Source: Candidatus Latescibacterota bacterium (lineage in GTDB: Bacteria; Latescibacterota; UBA2968). Taken from it: 64,000 nt of DNA. Position numbers and translations under genes: made by a program. The notes under the pieces were generated by a model that ran no database searches, had not been told where the DNA came from, and worked only from the letters and a program-made list of their open reading frames with translations. The stretch spans positions 3,072,001 to 3,136,000 of the forward strand of contig OZ242010.1 of NCBI GenBank assembly GCA_965204745.1, read 5' to 3'. Positions 18,521-28,158 of the stretch are shown piece after piece (within the stretch, counting starts at the first letter, position 1; each line of letters opens with the position of its first letter).

Positions 18521-19231
18521 ATGCATCGGCGGCCCTACATCTTGCCTTTTGTCTTTGGCCTGCTCGCGCTCATCGGCTTGGCTATCGCGCCCTATTTGGT
18601 CTTTCTCCATGCCGGAATCGAAAAAGAAATGGGCTTGGCACAGAAAATTTTTTACTACCACGTCTCCTCGGCCTACGCCATGTACATCGGCTTCTTTCTC
18701 TGCTTTGTGTTTGGCATCCGCTATTTGTGGACGCGGGACAAACGCTGCGATATCTGGGCATCGTGTTCTGCGGAAGTCGGGTTGCTCTTTGCCACGCTGG
18801 TCTTGATCACCGGGCCGATTTGGGCCAAGCCCGTGTGGGGCGCGTGGTGGGTGTGGGATGCACAACTCACCTTGACCCTCGTGCTCTGGCTCATCTTTGC
18901 GGCGTACTTCATGCTGCGTTCCCAGATTGAAGACCCGGCGCAAAACGCGCGTTTTCGCGCTGTGGTCGGCATCGTGGGTTTTCTCAACGTGCCCTTTATT
19001 CACTATGCCACAAAGTTGTGGCGCACGCACCATCCCGAAGTGGTGCGCGGGGAAAAAATCGGCCTGCCCCCGGACATGAAAACGGCGTTCTTTTTTTCGC
19101 TTTTCACCTTTACCCTGCTCTTTCTCGCCCTGCTCTTCAAGCGCGTCTCGCTCGAAAAAGCACGCGCCGAACTCGAATCCCTCAAAGCCGAACTACCACC
19201 CCTCCCGGATTCGGAGAAGGGGCCCCGATAA
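18521..19231 (+). CDS. ccmC: Heme exporter / cytochrome c biogenesis protein C
   Basis: IFYYHV, GPIWAKPVWGAWWVWDAQLT (WWD domain), WRTHHP. Confidence 0.9.
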   Translation: MHRRPYILPFVFGLLALIGLAIAPYLVFLHAGIEKEMGLAQKIFYYHVSSAYAMYIGFFLCFVFGIRYLWTRDKRCDIWASCSAEVGLLFATLVLITGPIWAKPVWGAWWVWDAQLTLTLVLWLIFAAYFMLRSQIEDPAQNARFRAVVGIVGFLNVPFIHYATKLWRTHHPEVVRGEKIGLPPDMKTAFFFSLFTFTLLFLALLFKRVSLEKARAELESLKAELPPLPDSEKGPR

Positions 19232-19252
19232 AATCACTTTCAGGAGACACGG

Positions 19253-19402
19253 ATGCAACACCTCGAATACATGACCGCGGCTTACATCGCAATCTGGGTC
19301 GTCATCTCGATCTACTTTTTGAGCTTGTCCAAACGCGAAAAAGCGATCTGGAAAGCCTTGCAAGACTTGCGCGCCACCCTCGGCAAAGACGACACCCCCT
19401 AG
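19253..19402 (+). CDS. ccmD: CcmD-like small membrane protein (not in the ORF track)
   Basis: MQHLEYMTAAYIAIWVVISIYFLSLSKREKAIW..., 49 aa, CAGGAG RBS, follows ccmC. Confidence 0.75.
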   Translation: MQHLEYMTAAYIAIWVVISIYFLSLSKREKAIWKALQDLRATLGKDDTP

Positions 19403-19406
19403 CCCC

Positions 19407-20225
19407 ATGGCCGTCAAAAACGCGAAACGAATCCTGAGCCTCAAACGCCGAAAAGGGCGGCAGGCCGCACGAAAATACCTCATCGAAGGCTTTCGCCTGT
19501 GCGAAGAAGCCCTCGCGCATTGCGCCACGCTCGAGCAACTCGTCTTTTGCCGCGAGAGCATCGCCCGCAACCAACGCCTCGCAAACCTCTACCAATCGGC
19601 GGTTGCCCAAGGCATCCCCATTCAGCAAACCAACTGGCGCGCCTTCAAAGGCATGTCGGACACGCACACTCCTCAAGGCGTGCTCGGTAGCGTTGCCATG
19701 CAGACATGGGACCGCGAATCCGTTCTCAACACCGACGGCCCGTTCCTCATCCTCGACCGCATCTCGGACCCCGGCAACTTGGGCATGATCGTGCGGACAG
19801 CCGAAGCCGCTGCTTGCGCGGGCATCTTTCTCACTCGCGGCTCGGTCGAACTCCACAACCCCAAAGTCGTGCGCGCGACAATGGGCGCCATCTTTCGCAT
19901 GCCCATCTTTCCCCTGCAAAACGGTTGCGACTTGTTGCGCGACCTGCGCCGCCGCAACATCGCCATCATCGCCGCGCACGTCGACGGTATGGCCTTCCAC
20001 GATCTAAGCGAAAAACCCCCGGTCGCCCTCGTGCTCGGCAACGAGGCGTTTGGCATCGATCCCGCGTACCTCGGGCTTGCCGATCACACCGTCACCATTC
20101 CCATGGCGGCCCCGGTCGAATCGCTCAACATCGCGGTCGCGAGCGGCATTCTCCTGTACAAACTTTGCGAACGGACTGAAATCGCCCCCGGCGTTCTGCG
20201 CGGTCACAATGCAGCCTCCACATGA
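19407..20225 (+). CDS. TrmH/SpoU family RNA methyltransferase
   Basis: DPGNLGMIVRTA, LGNEAFG, ESLNIAVA SPOUT motifs. Confidence 0.9.
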   Translation: MAVKNAKRILSLKRRKGRQAARKYLIEGFRLCEEALAHCATLEQLVFCRESIARNQRLANLYQSAVAQGIPIQQTNWRAFKGMSDTHTPQGVLGSVAMQTWDRESVLNTDGPFLILDRISDPGNLGMIVRTAEAAACAGIFLTRGSVELHNPKVVRATMGAIFRMPIFPLQNGCDLLRDLRRRNIAIIAAHVDGMAFHDLSEKPPVALVLGNEAFGIDPAYLGLADHTVTIPMAAPVESLNIAVASGILLYKLCERTEIAPGVLRGHNAAST

Positions 20226-20269
20226 GATTTATGTCTCGGAGCGACCACTGACCACCTGTGAGGAATGCC

Positions 20270-21460
20270 ATGCAAAACGACTTCCACCCATCCACATTCG
20301 CGCCGCCGCTCGTGTGGGCGCGTCTCATTTTGGCGAATCGCGGTGTGCCCAAGCCGTATTGGGGCAAACTCGCGCGGATTTTGATCGCCACCGCCATGGC
20401 CACGCCCTTGCGCCTTGCGGAATGGTTGCTGTATTCCCGGCAAATCGCCAACACAAAGATCGAGCAAGACCCTTTGTTCATCTTGGGGTTCGGGCGTTCC
20501 GGCACGACGCACTTGCAGAATCTGCTCGCGCAAGACCCGACGTACGGATACCTGACGACCTTCCAGATGGTCATGCCGACCTTTTCGCTGGTCGGGCGGG
20601 GGTGGTTGAAACGCCGGATGGAAAAAGACATGGGCGAGCAGACCCGTCGGATGGATAACGTGAAAGTCACTCTAGACACGCCGCAAGAGGAAGATGTAGC
20701 ACTCGCCAATTTGAGCGACATGTCCTTTGTCCACCAACTTTCCTTTCCGCAGCAGGGCCGACGGTTGTTAGAAAAGTACGTGCTGATGGGCGCGGACCCC
20801 GATGGCGAGCGTCTGACGGCAAGCGAACTGCGCCGGTGGGAGCGGACGTACCTGCGCGTCTTGCGGAAAATGACGCTCCATGCCGATGGGCGACAACTCT
20901 TGTTGCGAAATACCATCAATATTGGCCGGGTCGATCACCTGTCGCGCCTCTTCCCCGACGCGAAGTTCATTCACATCATTCGCAATCCATACGACGTGTA
21001 TCCGTCGCTCATGAAGTTGTACCGCACCATGCTTCCCCTGTATCAGCTAGACGACTACAAGTGGCCGGAAGTGGAGGAGTTCCTCGTCGAGATTTATCCG
21101 CGCTTGATGCAGAAGTACTTGGCGGACCGCGCTCTGATTCCGGCCGGCCACCTGGCGGAAGTGCGCTTTGAGGATCTCGAGCGCGACCCCCTCGGCGAAC
21201 TGGCGCGGCTCTACGCCGAGCTCGACCTGCCCGACTGGGAAAACGCCCAGACGCATATCGCCGCGTACCTCGAGACCATCGCCGGTTATCGCAAGAACGC
21301 GTTCCGAATCGATCCAGCGATTATTGAGCGGGTAGATGAGAAATGGCGGTTCGCCGTAGAAGAGTGGAACTATCGGCCGCCGAGCGGCGATTCCCAAAGA
21401 GCTGCTCACCGGCGTTCTGCCCGGTCACAACGCAATTTTCACCTGAGAGCTAGGGCTTGA
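20270..21460 (+). CDS. PAPS-dependent sulfotransferase (Stf3-like), copy 1
   Basis: GFGRSGTTHL 5'-PSB loop, IIRNPYDVYPS 3'-PB motif. Confidence 0.85.
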   Translation: MQNDFHPSTFAPPLVWARLILANRGVPKPYWGKLARILIATAMATPLRLAEWLLYSRQIANTKIEQDPLFILGFGRSGTTHLQNLLAQDPTYGYLTTFQMVMPTFSLVGRGWLKRRMEKDMGEQTRRMDNVKVTLDTPQEEDVALANLSDMSFVHQLSFPQQGRRLLEKYVLMGADPDGERLTASELRRWERTYLRVLRKMTLHADGRQLLLRNTINIGRVDHLSRLFPDAKFIHIIRNPYDVYPSLMKLYRTMLPLYQLDDYKWPEVEEFLVEIYPRLMQKYLADRALIPAGHLAEVRFEDLERDPLGELARLYAELDLPDWENAQTHIAAYLETIAGYRKNAFRIDPAIIERVDEKWRFAVEEWNYRPPSGDSQRAAHRRSARSQRNFHLRARA

Positions 21461-21536
21461 TTTATCTCTGCAAACCCTCTATATACGCAAGGTGCTGTTC
21501 CGCTGTTCTTCTGTCGCTTCCAAGCGAAGAATGCCC

Positions 21537-22673
21537 ATGAAAGACGACTTCCACCCATCCACGTTCGCGCCGCCGCTCGTGTGGGCGCGTCTCATTCTGG
21601 CGAACGGAGGTGTGCCCAAGCCGTATTGGGGCAGACTCGCGCGGATTCTGATCGCCACCACCCTGGCCACGCCGTTGCGCCTTGCGGAATGGCTATTGTA
21701 TGCCCGGCAAATCGCCAACACAAAAATCGAGCACGCGCCCTTGTTCGTCGTTGGGTTCGGGCGCTCCGGCACGACGCACTTGCAAAATCTGCTCGCGCAA
21801 GACCCCACGTACGGATACGTATCTACCTATCAGATTATGACATCGACCTTTTCGCTGGTCGGGCAGGGATGGTTGAAACGCCTGATGGAAAAGGGTCTGA
21901 CGGAGATGGGCGCGCAAACTCGGCCAATGGACAACGTGAAAGTCGATCTGGATTCGCCGCAAGAAGAAGATGCGGCACTCGCTAGCTCCAGCATTCAGTC
22001 CGCTATCCACCACCTCACTTTTCCGCAACAGCGTTGGCGGTTGTATGAAAAGTACGTGCTGATGGGCGCGGCCCCCGAGGGCGAGCGTCTGACGGCAAGG
22101 GAACTGCGCCGGTGGGAGCGGGCGTACCTGCGCGTCTTGCAGAAGACGACGATCCACAACGGCGGCAAGCGACTCCTATTAAAAAGTGTGGTCAACATCG
22201 GCCGGGTCGATCACCTGCTGCGCCTCTTTCCCGACGCCAAGTTCATTCACATCATTCGCAATCCATACAACTTGTACCCGTCGCTCCTGCATCTGTACCG
22301 CGAGTTGCTGCACTTGTATCAACTCGATGACTACGACTGGTCGGAAATAGAGTCGTTTGTCACCGAGACCTATCCGCGCTTGATGCAGAAGTACTTGGCG
22401 GACCGCACTCTGATTCCGGCCGGCCACCTTGCGGAAGTGCGCTTCGAGGATCTCGAGCGCGACCCCCTCGGCGAACTAGCGCGGCTCTACGCCGAGCTCG
22501 ACCTGCCCGACTGGGAAAACGCCGAGCCGCATATCGCCGCGTACCTCGAGACCATCGCCGATTATCGCAAGAACGAATTTCGGATCGAGCAATCGATCAT
22601 CGAGCGGGTAGGGGAGAAATGGCGGTTCGCCGTAGAAGAGTGGAACTATCGACCACCGAGCGGCGATTCCTAA
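21537..22673 (+). CDS. PAPS-dependent sulfotransferase, copy 2
   Basis: Close paralog of copy 1; same motifs. Confidence 0.85.
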   Translation: MKDDFHPSTFAPPLVWARLILANGGVPKPYWGRLARILIATTLATPLRLAEWLLYARQIANTKIEHAPLFVVGFGRSGTTHLQNLLAQDPTYGYVSTYQIMTSTFSLVGQGWLKRLMEKGLTEMGAQTRPMDNVKVDLDSPQEEDAALASSSIQSAIHHLTFPQQRWRLYEKYVLMGAAPEGERLTARELRRWERAYLRVLQKTTIHNGGKRLLLKSVVNIGRVDHLLRLFPDAKFIHIIRNPYNLYPSLLHLYRELLHLYQLDDYDWSEIESFVTETYPRLMQKYLADRTLIPAGHLAEVRFEDLERDPLGELARLYAELDLPDWENAEPHIAAYLETIADYRKNEFRIEQSIIERVGEKWRFAVEEWNYRPPSGDS

Positions 22674-22874
22674 ACCGACCAGAGGAGTGCAATGGCCCTG
22701 CGGTTTGCCTAAGCGTTGCTCTGCGGATCAGCCCTCGCGTTTGTTCCCGAGTCGCATCTGAGCGTGCTCATCGAAAAGGACTGAAATCGCCCCCGGCGTT
22801 CTGCGCGGTCACCATGCGACCTCCACATGAGATTTATGTATCAGCGCGACCACTGATCACCTGTGAGGAATGCC

Positions 22875-24011
22875 ATGCAAAACGACTTCCACCCATTCAC
22901 GTTCGCGCCGCCGCTCGTGTGGGCGCGTCTCGTTCTGGCGAATCGCGGTGTGCCCAAGCCGTATTGGGGCAAACTCGCGCGGATTTTGATCGCCACCGCC
23001 ATGGCCACGCCCTTGCGCCTTGCGGAATGGCTATTGTATGCCCGACAAATCGCCAACACAAAAATCGAGCACGCCCCCTTGTTCATCTTGGGTTATGCGC
23101 GTTCCGGCACGACGCACTTGCAGAATCTGCTCGCGCAGGATCACGCGTACGGATGCGTATCTACTTATCAGGCTGTGACGGCGACCTTTTCGCTGGTCGG
23201 GCAGGGACGGTTGAAACGCCTGATGGAAAAGGGCATGGAAGACATGGGCGAGCAAACCCGTCCGATGGACAACATGAAAGTCGGTCTGGACGCGCCGCAG
23301 GAAGAAGACGTGGCACTCGCCAACTCGAGTATTATGTCCGTTATCCACCAACTTTCCTTTCCGAAACAGTGTTGGCGGTTGTTTGAAAAGTACTCGCTGA
23401 TGGGCGCGGACCCCGATGGCGAGCGTTTGACGGCAAGCGAATTGCGCCGGTGGGAGCGGGCGTACTTGCGCGTCTTGCAGAAGACGACGATCCACACCGG
23501 CGGCCGGCAACTCCTCCTAAAAAATGTGGCCAACCTCGGCCGGGTTGACCACCTGTTGCGCCTCTTCCCCGACGCCAAGTTCATCTACATCGTTCGCAAT
23601 CCATACGACGTGTACCCATCGCTCATGAAGTTGCACCACTCCCTGCTTCCCCTGTATCAGCTAGACGACTACAACTGGTCGGAAGTGGAGGAGTTCCTCG
23701 TCGAGAGTTATGCGTGCGTGATGCAGAAGTACTTGGCGGACCGCGCTCTGATTCCGGCCGGCCACCTGGCGGAAGTGCGCTTTGAGGATCTCGAGCGCGA
23801 CCCCCTCGGCGAACTGGCGCGGCTCTACGCCGAGCTCGACCTGCCCGACTGGGAAAACGCCCAGACGCAGATCGCCGCGTACCTCGAGACCATCGCCGAT
23901 TATCGCAAGAACGAGTTCCAACTCGATCAATCGATTATTGACCGAGTAGAGGAGAAATGGCGGTTCGTCGTAGAAGAGTGGAACTATCAACGGCCGAGCG
24001 GCGACGCCTAA
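22875..24011 (+). CDS. PAPS-dependent sulfotransferase, copy 3
   Basis: Close paralog; GYARSGTTHL. Confidence 0.85.
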   Translation: MQNDFHPFTFAPPLVWARLVLANRGVPKPYWGKLARILIATAMATPLRLAEWLLYARQIANTKIEHAPLFILGYARSGTTHLQNLLAQDHAYGCVSTYQAVTATFSLVGQGRLKRLMEKGMEDMGEQTRPMDNMKVGLDAPQEEDVALANSSIMSVIHQLSFPKQCWRLFEKYSLMGADPDGERLTASELRRWERAYLRVLQKTTIHTGGRQLLLKNVANLGRVDHLLRLFPDAKFIYIVRNPYDVYPSLMKLHHSLLPLYQLDDYNWSEVEEFLVESYACVMQKYLADRALIPAGHLAEVRFEDLERDPLGELARLYAELDLPDWENAQTQIAAYLETIADYRKNEFQLDQSIIDRVEEKWRFVVEEWNYQRPSGDA

Positions 24012-24029
24012 ACCAACGGGAGGTTTGCA

Positions 24030-26012
24030 ATGGCCCTGCGATTTGCCGAAGAGTTACTGTTGCTGATTCTAAACGAGGATTACGGTGACCTTGCACCTGT
24101 TCCCGAGCCGCATCTGAACCACGCGCTCGCCGGGGCGGTGCTCATGGACTTGGCCCTCGAAAATCGGATCGACACGGACCCCGAAAAGTTGATTCTGGTC
24201 GATTCCACGCCGGTCAAAGACGATCTCCTGGACCCAGTGCTGGCCGACATCGCGCAGACCGCGGAAACGCACAACGCACAATACTGGGTGCGCCGCATCG
24301 CACAAACCGGCGAGCAAATTCGCAACCACACGCTCGCCCGCCTGCTGAAAGCCGGCATTCTGGACTCCGCGGAGGAAGGGGCCATCTCTTTGGCGCGTAG
24401 CGTGGCGCGCTCCCGTCGGTATCCGAACTATAGTATAGATGCCGAACAGGAAGTGCGGTTGCGGATCATGCGCGTTTTGTTCAGCGACGACATCCCCGAA
24501 CCGCGCGACATCGCGATCATCTGCTTGGCCGACGCCTGTGGCATGTTCGAGAAAATCCTGTCGAAAGAAGAGTTGCAGGAGGCGAGCGAGCGCATCGATA
24601 TCGTTTCGCGGCTGGATCTAATCGGGCGAGCCATCCCCGAGGCGGTGCGCGAATCCGCACAGGAGGCGACCGCTCCGGGCGCGGCGGTCGCGCCCAAGCA
24701 GATCCCCATGGTCAAGGGATTGCCCATAGTCGGCAGCGCGCTAAAAGCCGCCAAGGACATCCGCGCTTTTATGACACAGCAGTACCTAGAACTGGGGCCG
24801 GTGTTTGAAATCCGGCTCCTCAATCAGAAGATACTGGTTCTCGCCGGCCCGGAAGCCAATCAGTTCGTCAATCGGAAGGGGCGGTTCTTTTTCCGATCGT
24901 ACGAGCCTTATCGAGGGGTTAGCGATGGTCTCAACGCATCTCGGATGATCCTCAACATGGATGGGCCGGAACACGTGCGATACCGTCAGGCTTTCGCCTC
25001 TGCCTTCTCGCGGGCGCGGCTCCAGAAGCATCTCGACATCGCCAGCGACATCGCTCGGAGCCAAGTCAAGACCTGGCCGCTCAATCGACCTATCCAGCCG
25101 CTCCATGCATTACAACACATCATCGCGGATCAGATGGGCACGATTTTGTCCGGCACACCTGCGGGCGACTATTTGGAAGATTTGGTCTTCCTGCTCGAAA
25201 CGTTGCTGAAGACCACGCTGACGCAGCTTCCCGCGTTTTTGTTCAGGCGCAGATTTGAGAAAGCGCGCCAGCGGCTCAAAGGCCTGGCTCAAAAGACGCT
25301 GAAGGCCCATGAGCCCGGAGGGCCGTATTGCGACGCCGCCGACTTGATAAACGACATAATCGACCTCCACCGCTCGGACCCACAGTTCCTGCCCGAGACC
25401 GACATGATGGCTGTGGTGCTAGCCCCCTATCTGGTGGGGATTGAGACCGTCGGCACCACCTGCGCGTTCACGCTCTATGCCATCCTCAAGCACCCGGATT
25501 TGATGGCGCGGATGACGGCCGAGGCCGACGCCCTGTTCGCCCATGGGGAGTATCCGACCGCAGAAAGTCTGCGCCAGCTCGATGTCACCCACCGGGTAGT
25601 GTTGGAATCGCTGCGGATGTATCCGGCCGCGCCCACTGTTTTCCGTACCGTATCAAACTCATTCGATTTTGCTGGCTACCACATTCCCGCTGGCCGGATG
25701 CTGTTTGTAGCCACGACGGTGACGCATCGCTTGCCGGAGTATTTTCCCGATCCAGACCGCTTTGACATCGACCGCTACTCGCCCGAGCGCGCCGAGCACA
25801 GACAGCCCAACGCCTATGTGCCTTTCGGCGTGGGCACCCACCGGTGTTTGGGGGCCGGGTTTGCCGAGATGCAGACCTTGCTAACGCTGGCGGCGATCAT
25901 GCGCGAGGCCGAACTCGTCCTAGATCCGCCCGGCTATGAATTGAAAATGACGAATGTGCCGACGCCGCGCCCGGCGAAGAATTTCAAATTCAAGGTGGCG
26001 AGATGGCGGTGA
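24030..26012 (+). CDS. GPP34 (GOLPH3-like) domain - cytochrome P450 fusion
   Basis: N-terminal AEELLLL...LAGAVLMDLALENRI (GPP34-like); C-terminal VGIETV, ESLR (ExxR), FDIDRY, FGVGTHRCLG heme-Cys motif. Confidence 0.85.
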   Translation: MALRFAEELLLLILNEDYGDLAPVPEPHLNHALAGAVLMDLALENRIDTDPEKLILVDSTPVKDDLLDPVLADIAQTAETHNAQYWVRRIAQTGEQIRNHTLARLLKAGILDSAEEGAISLARSVARSRRYPNYSIDAEQEVRLRIMRVLFSDDIPEPRDIAIICLADACGMFEKILSKEELQEASERIDIVSRLDLIGRAIPEAVRESAQEATAPGAAVAPKQIPMVKGLPIVGSALKAAKDIRAFMTQQYLELGPVFEIRLLNQKILVLAGPEANQFVNRKGRFFFRSYEPYRGVSDGLNASRMILNMDGPEHVRYRQAFASAFSRARLQKHLDIASDIARSQVKTWPLNRPIQPLHALQHIIADQMGTILSGTPAGDYLEDLVFLLETLLKTTLTQLPAFLFRRRFEKARQRLKGLAQKTLKAHEPGGPYCDAADLINDIIDLHRSDPQFLPETDMMAVVLAPYLVGIETVGTTCAFTLYAILKHPDLMARMTAEADALFAHGEYPTAESLRQLDVTHRVVLESLRMYPAAPTVFRTVSNSFDFAGYHIPAGRMLFVATTVTHRLPEYFPDPDRFDIDRYSPERAEHRQPNAYVPFGVGTHRCLGAGFAEMQTLLTLAAIMREAELVLDPPGYELKMTNVPTPRPAKNFKFKVARWR

Positions 26013-26055
26013 AGAATCCCGTGCGAAAGCCAATGACCCAAGAGGAGGAAAAGCA

Positions 26056-26634
26056 ATGGCACAGTTGAATACCGCGCGCCTGTCCCCTGAAGAAGAAGCG
26101 GATGGGTTCGCGCTTTTGTTTAATGGCAAAGACCTGAACGGCTGGAAAATCATCGGGCCAGCAGAGGGGTGGGAAGTCCAAGCGGGGTTGCTGGTGTGCA
26201 ATGGCGAGGGCAGGGGATGGATTCGCCCGGAAGATACGTACTCGGATTTTGTGTTGCGCTTGGCGTATCGGATCAGCGCGGGGGGCAACAGCGGGATTTT
26301 TGTGCGGACGAGCGAGGAGGGGCGACCCGCGTACCAAGGGATGGAGATCCAACTTTACGACGTGCCACACGATCCGCTGACCGACAAATCAAATGGCGCG
26401 ATCTACGACGCGGTCGCGCCCACGAGCGATCCGGCGCGACCGGCCGGGCACTGGAACGCGGTCGAAGTGTCCTGCCAAGGCCCGATGGTGCGCGTGATCA
26501 TCAATGGTTGCGAGGTCGTCGCCTGCAATGTGGACGACCATCCCGACTTAAAAGACCGCTTGACGTCCGGGTACATCGGCCTTCAAAACCACCGCAGCCC
26601 CATCTCATTTCGCAATGTGCGACTAAAAAAATAG
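26056..26634 (+). CDS. DUF1080 / 3-keto-disaccharide hydrolase family protein
   Basis: LFNGKDLNGW, GNSGIF, EIQL, GYIGLQNH, FRNV. Confidence 0.85.
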   Translation: MAQLNTARLSPEEEADGFALLFNGKDLNGWKIIGPAEGWEVQAGLLVCNGEGRGWIRPEDTYSDFVLRLAYRISAGGNSGIFVRTSEEGRPAYQGMEIQLYDVPHDPLTDKSNGAIYDAVAPTSDPARPAGHWNAVEVSCQGPMVRVIINGCEVVACNVDDHPDLKDRLTSGYIGLQNHRSPISFRNVRLKK

Positions 26635-26636
26635 AT

Positions 26637-27989
26637 TCACGCTTTCCATGCGGCGAGGACGCGGTCAAAGGCGCGGGCGGTTTGTTCGAGATCGGCGGGC
26701 GTGTGAACCGCGGAGATCACGCCGCCGGGCCAGGGCATGATATCCACGCCCTCGGCGAGCAGACCACAGCGCAGTTCGTGGATTTGCGCGCTCGACGTCC
26801 CGCCCTTGAGCACCGCAGACGGCACTTTTCCAGCGTAAATATCCGAGCGTGTATAAGTCTGATCCTCGGCCAAGGGCAAGAGGTGAAAGCCGGAAAATTC
26901 GCCATACACGAGCCAGTTCAGGCCGCGTTTTTGAATGGCGTCATCGAGCGCGTTTCGCAGGAGTTCGCCGTTTTGATTGGCGCGCTCCGCGATCCCATTT
27001 TCCGCGACGATCTCGAGCGTGGTCAACCCGGCGCATGCCGAAATGGGGTTGGCATTAAACGTGCCCTGGTGGGGCACGCGGCGTTTCTCATTCCACAAAG
27101 CGTCGTCGCGAAAAGTCAGGATGTCGAGCAGATCGGCGCGCCCGGCAATCGCGCCGCCGGGAAAACCGCCCGCTACGATTTTGGCAAACAGAGCTAGGTC
27201 GGGCGTCACGTTGTAGTATTCCTGAGCGCCCCCGGGCGCGACTCGGAACCCGGTTATGACTTCGTCGAAAATGAGCAACACATCGCGGTCGCGGGTCAGT
27301 GCGCGCAACTGACGCAAAAACGCGCCCTGCGTGGGCACGCGCCCAAAACTCGCGCCCGTCGGTTCTAAAATCACCGCTGCAATGTCGTCTCGGCTGTCGA
27401 GTGCTCGCGCGACTTGCTCGATGTCGTTGGGTTCGCACAGCACGGTATTTTCGATATTGTCGTCCGTAATCCCCCTCGGCGGCGTGCCGTCAAAGCCGGA
27501 CGAGGCCGCAAAAGCGACCTGATCGTGCCAACCGTGGAAATTGGTCGCAAAGCGCAGGATTTTGGGTTTGTCTTTGTACGCACGGGCCACGCGCAAAGCC
27601 AACAGGCTGGCCTCTGTGCCCGATGCGGTAAAGCGCGCTTTGTCCGCGCAAGGCACCATCCGAATGATTTGCTCTGCCCATTCGAGTTCGAGTTCGTGAG
27701 ACGCGCCGTAATGCGTGCCCTTGCCGAGTTGCTCGCGCACGGCTTCGGTCACTCGGGGGTGGTTGTGACCCAAAATCAACGCGCCGTGCCCGCCGAAATA
27801 GTCGATGTATTCGCGCCCATCCACATCCCATTTGCGCGCGCCCTGTGCGCGGTCGACAAAGAGCGGATAGGGAATCAGATGGCGCGTATCGTGCGTGACC
27901 CCACTGGGAAATGTCTCGCGTGCCCGCTGGTACAAAGCGCGTGACTTGGGCGTTCGCGCCACGTATTTTTGAATCGACAGATCGCTCAT
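26637..27989 (-). CDS. Class III aminotransferase (GSA aminomutase-like)
   Basis: WDVDGREYID, SGTEA, IFDEVITGFR, AKIVAGG, GTFNANP. Confidence 0.88.
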   Translation of the reverse strand: MSDLSIQKYVARTPKSRALYQRARETFPSGVTHDTRHLIPYPLFVDRAQGARKWDVDGREYIDYFGGHGALILGHNHPRVTEAVREQLGKGTHYGASHELELEWAEQIIRMVPCADKARFTASGTEASLLALRVARAYKDKPKILRFATNFHGWHDQVAFAASSGFDGTPPRGITDDNIENTVLCEPNDIEQVARALDSRDDIAAVILEPTGASFGRVPTQGAFLRQLRALTRDRDVLLIFDEVITGFRVAPGGAQEYYNVTPDLALFAKIVAGGFPGGAIAGRADLLDILTFRDDALWNEKRRVPHQGTFNANPISACAGLTTLEIVAENGIAERANQNGELLRNALDDAIQKRGLNWLVYGEFSGFHLLPLAEDQTYTRSDIYAGKVPSAVLKGGTSSAQIHELRCGLLAEGVDIMPWPGGVISAVHTPADLEQTARAFDRVLAAWKA

Positions 27990-28158
27990 GTCTTCTCCTT
28001 TCTCCTGTCGCGTGTTTCCATCGCCTGATCTATGGATTGTTGACTTGCATGGATTCACACAGTATCGTATCTTGATCAGCGATGCCCGTCGAGTTGCTGT
28101 TTCAACCGGGCAACCACATCCGGGCTGAGGCTATTCACCTCTCAATCGGGATAACGCT

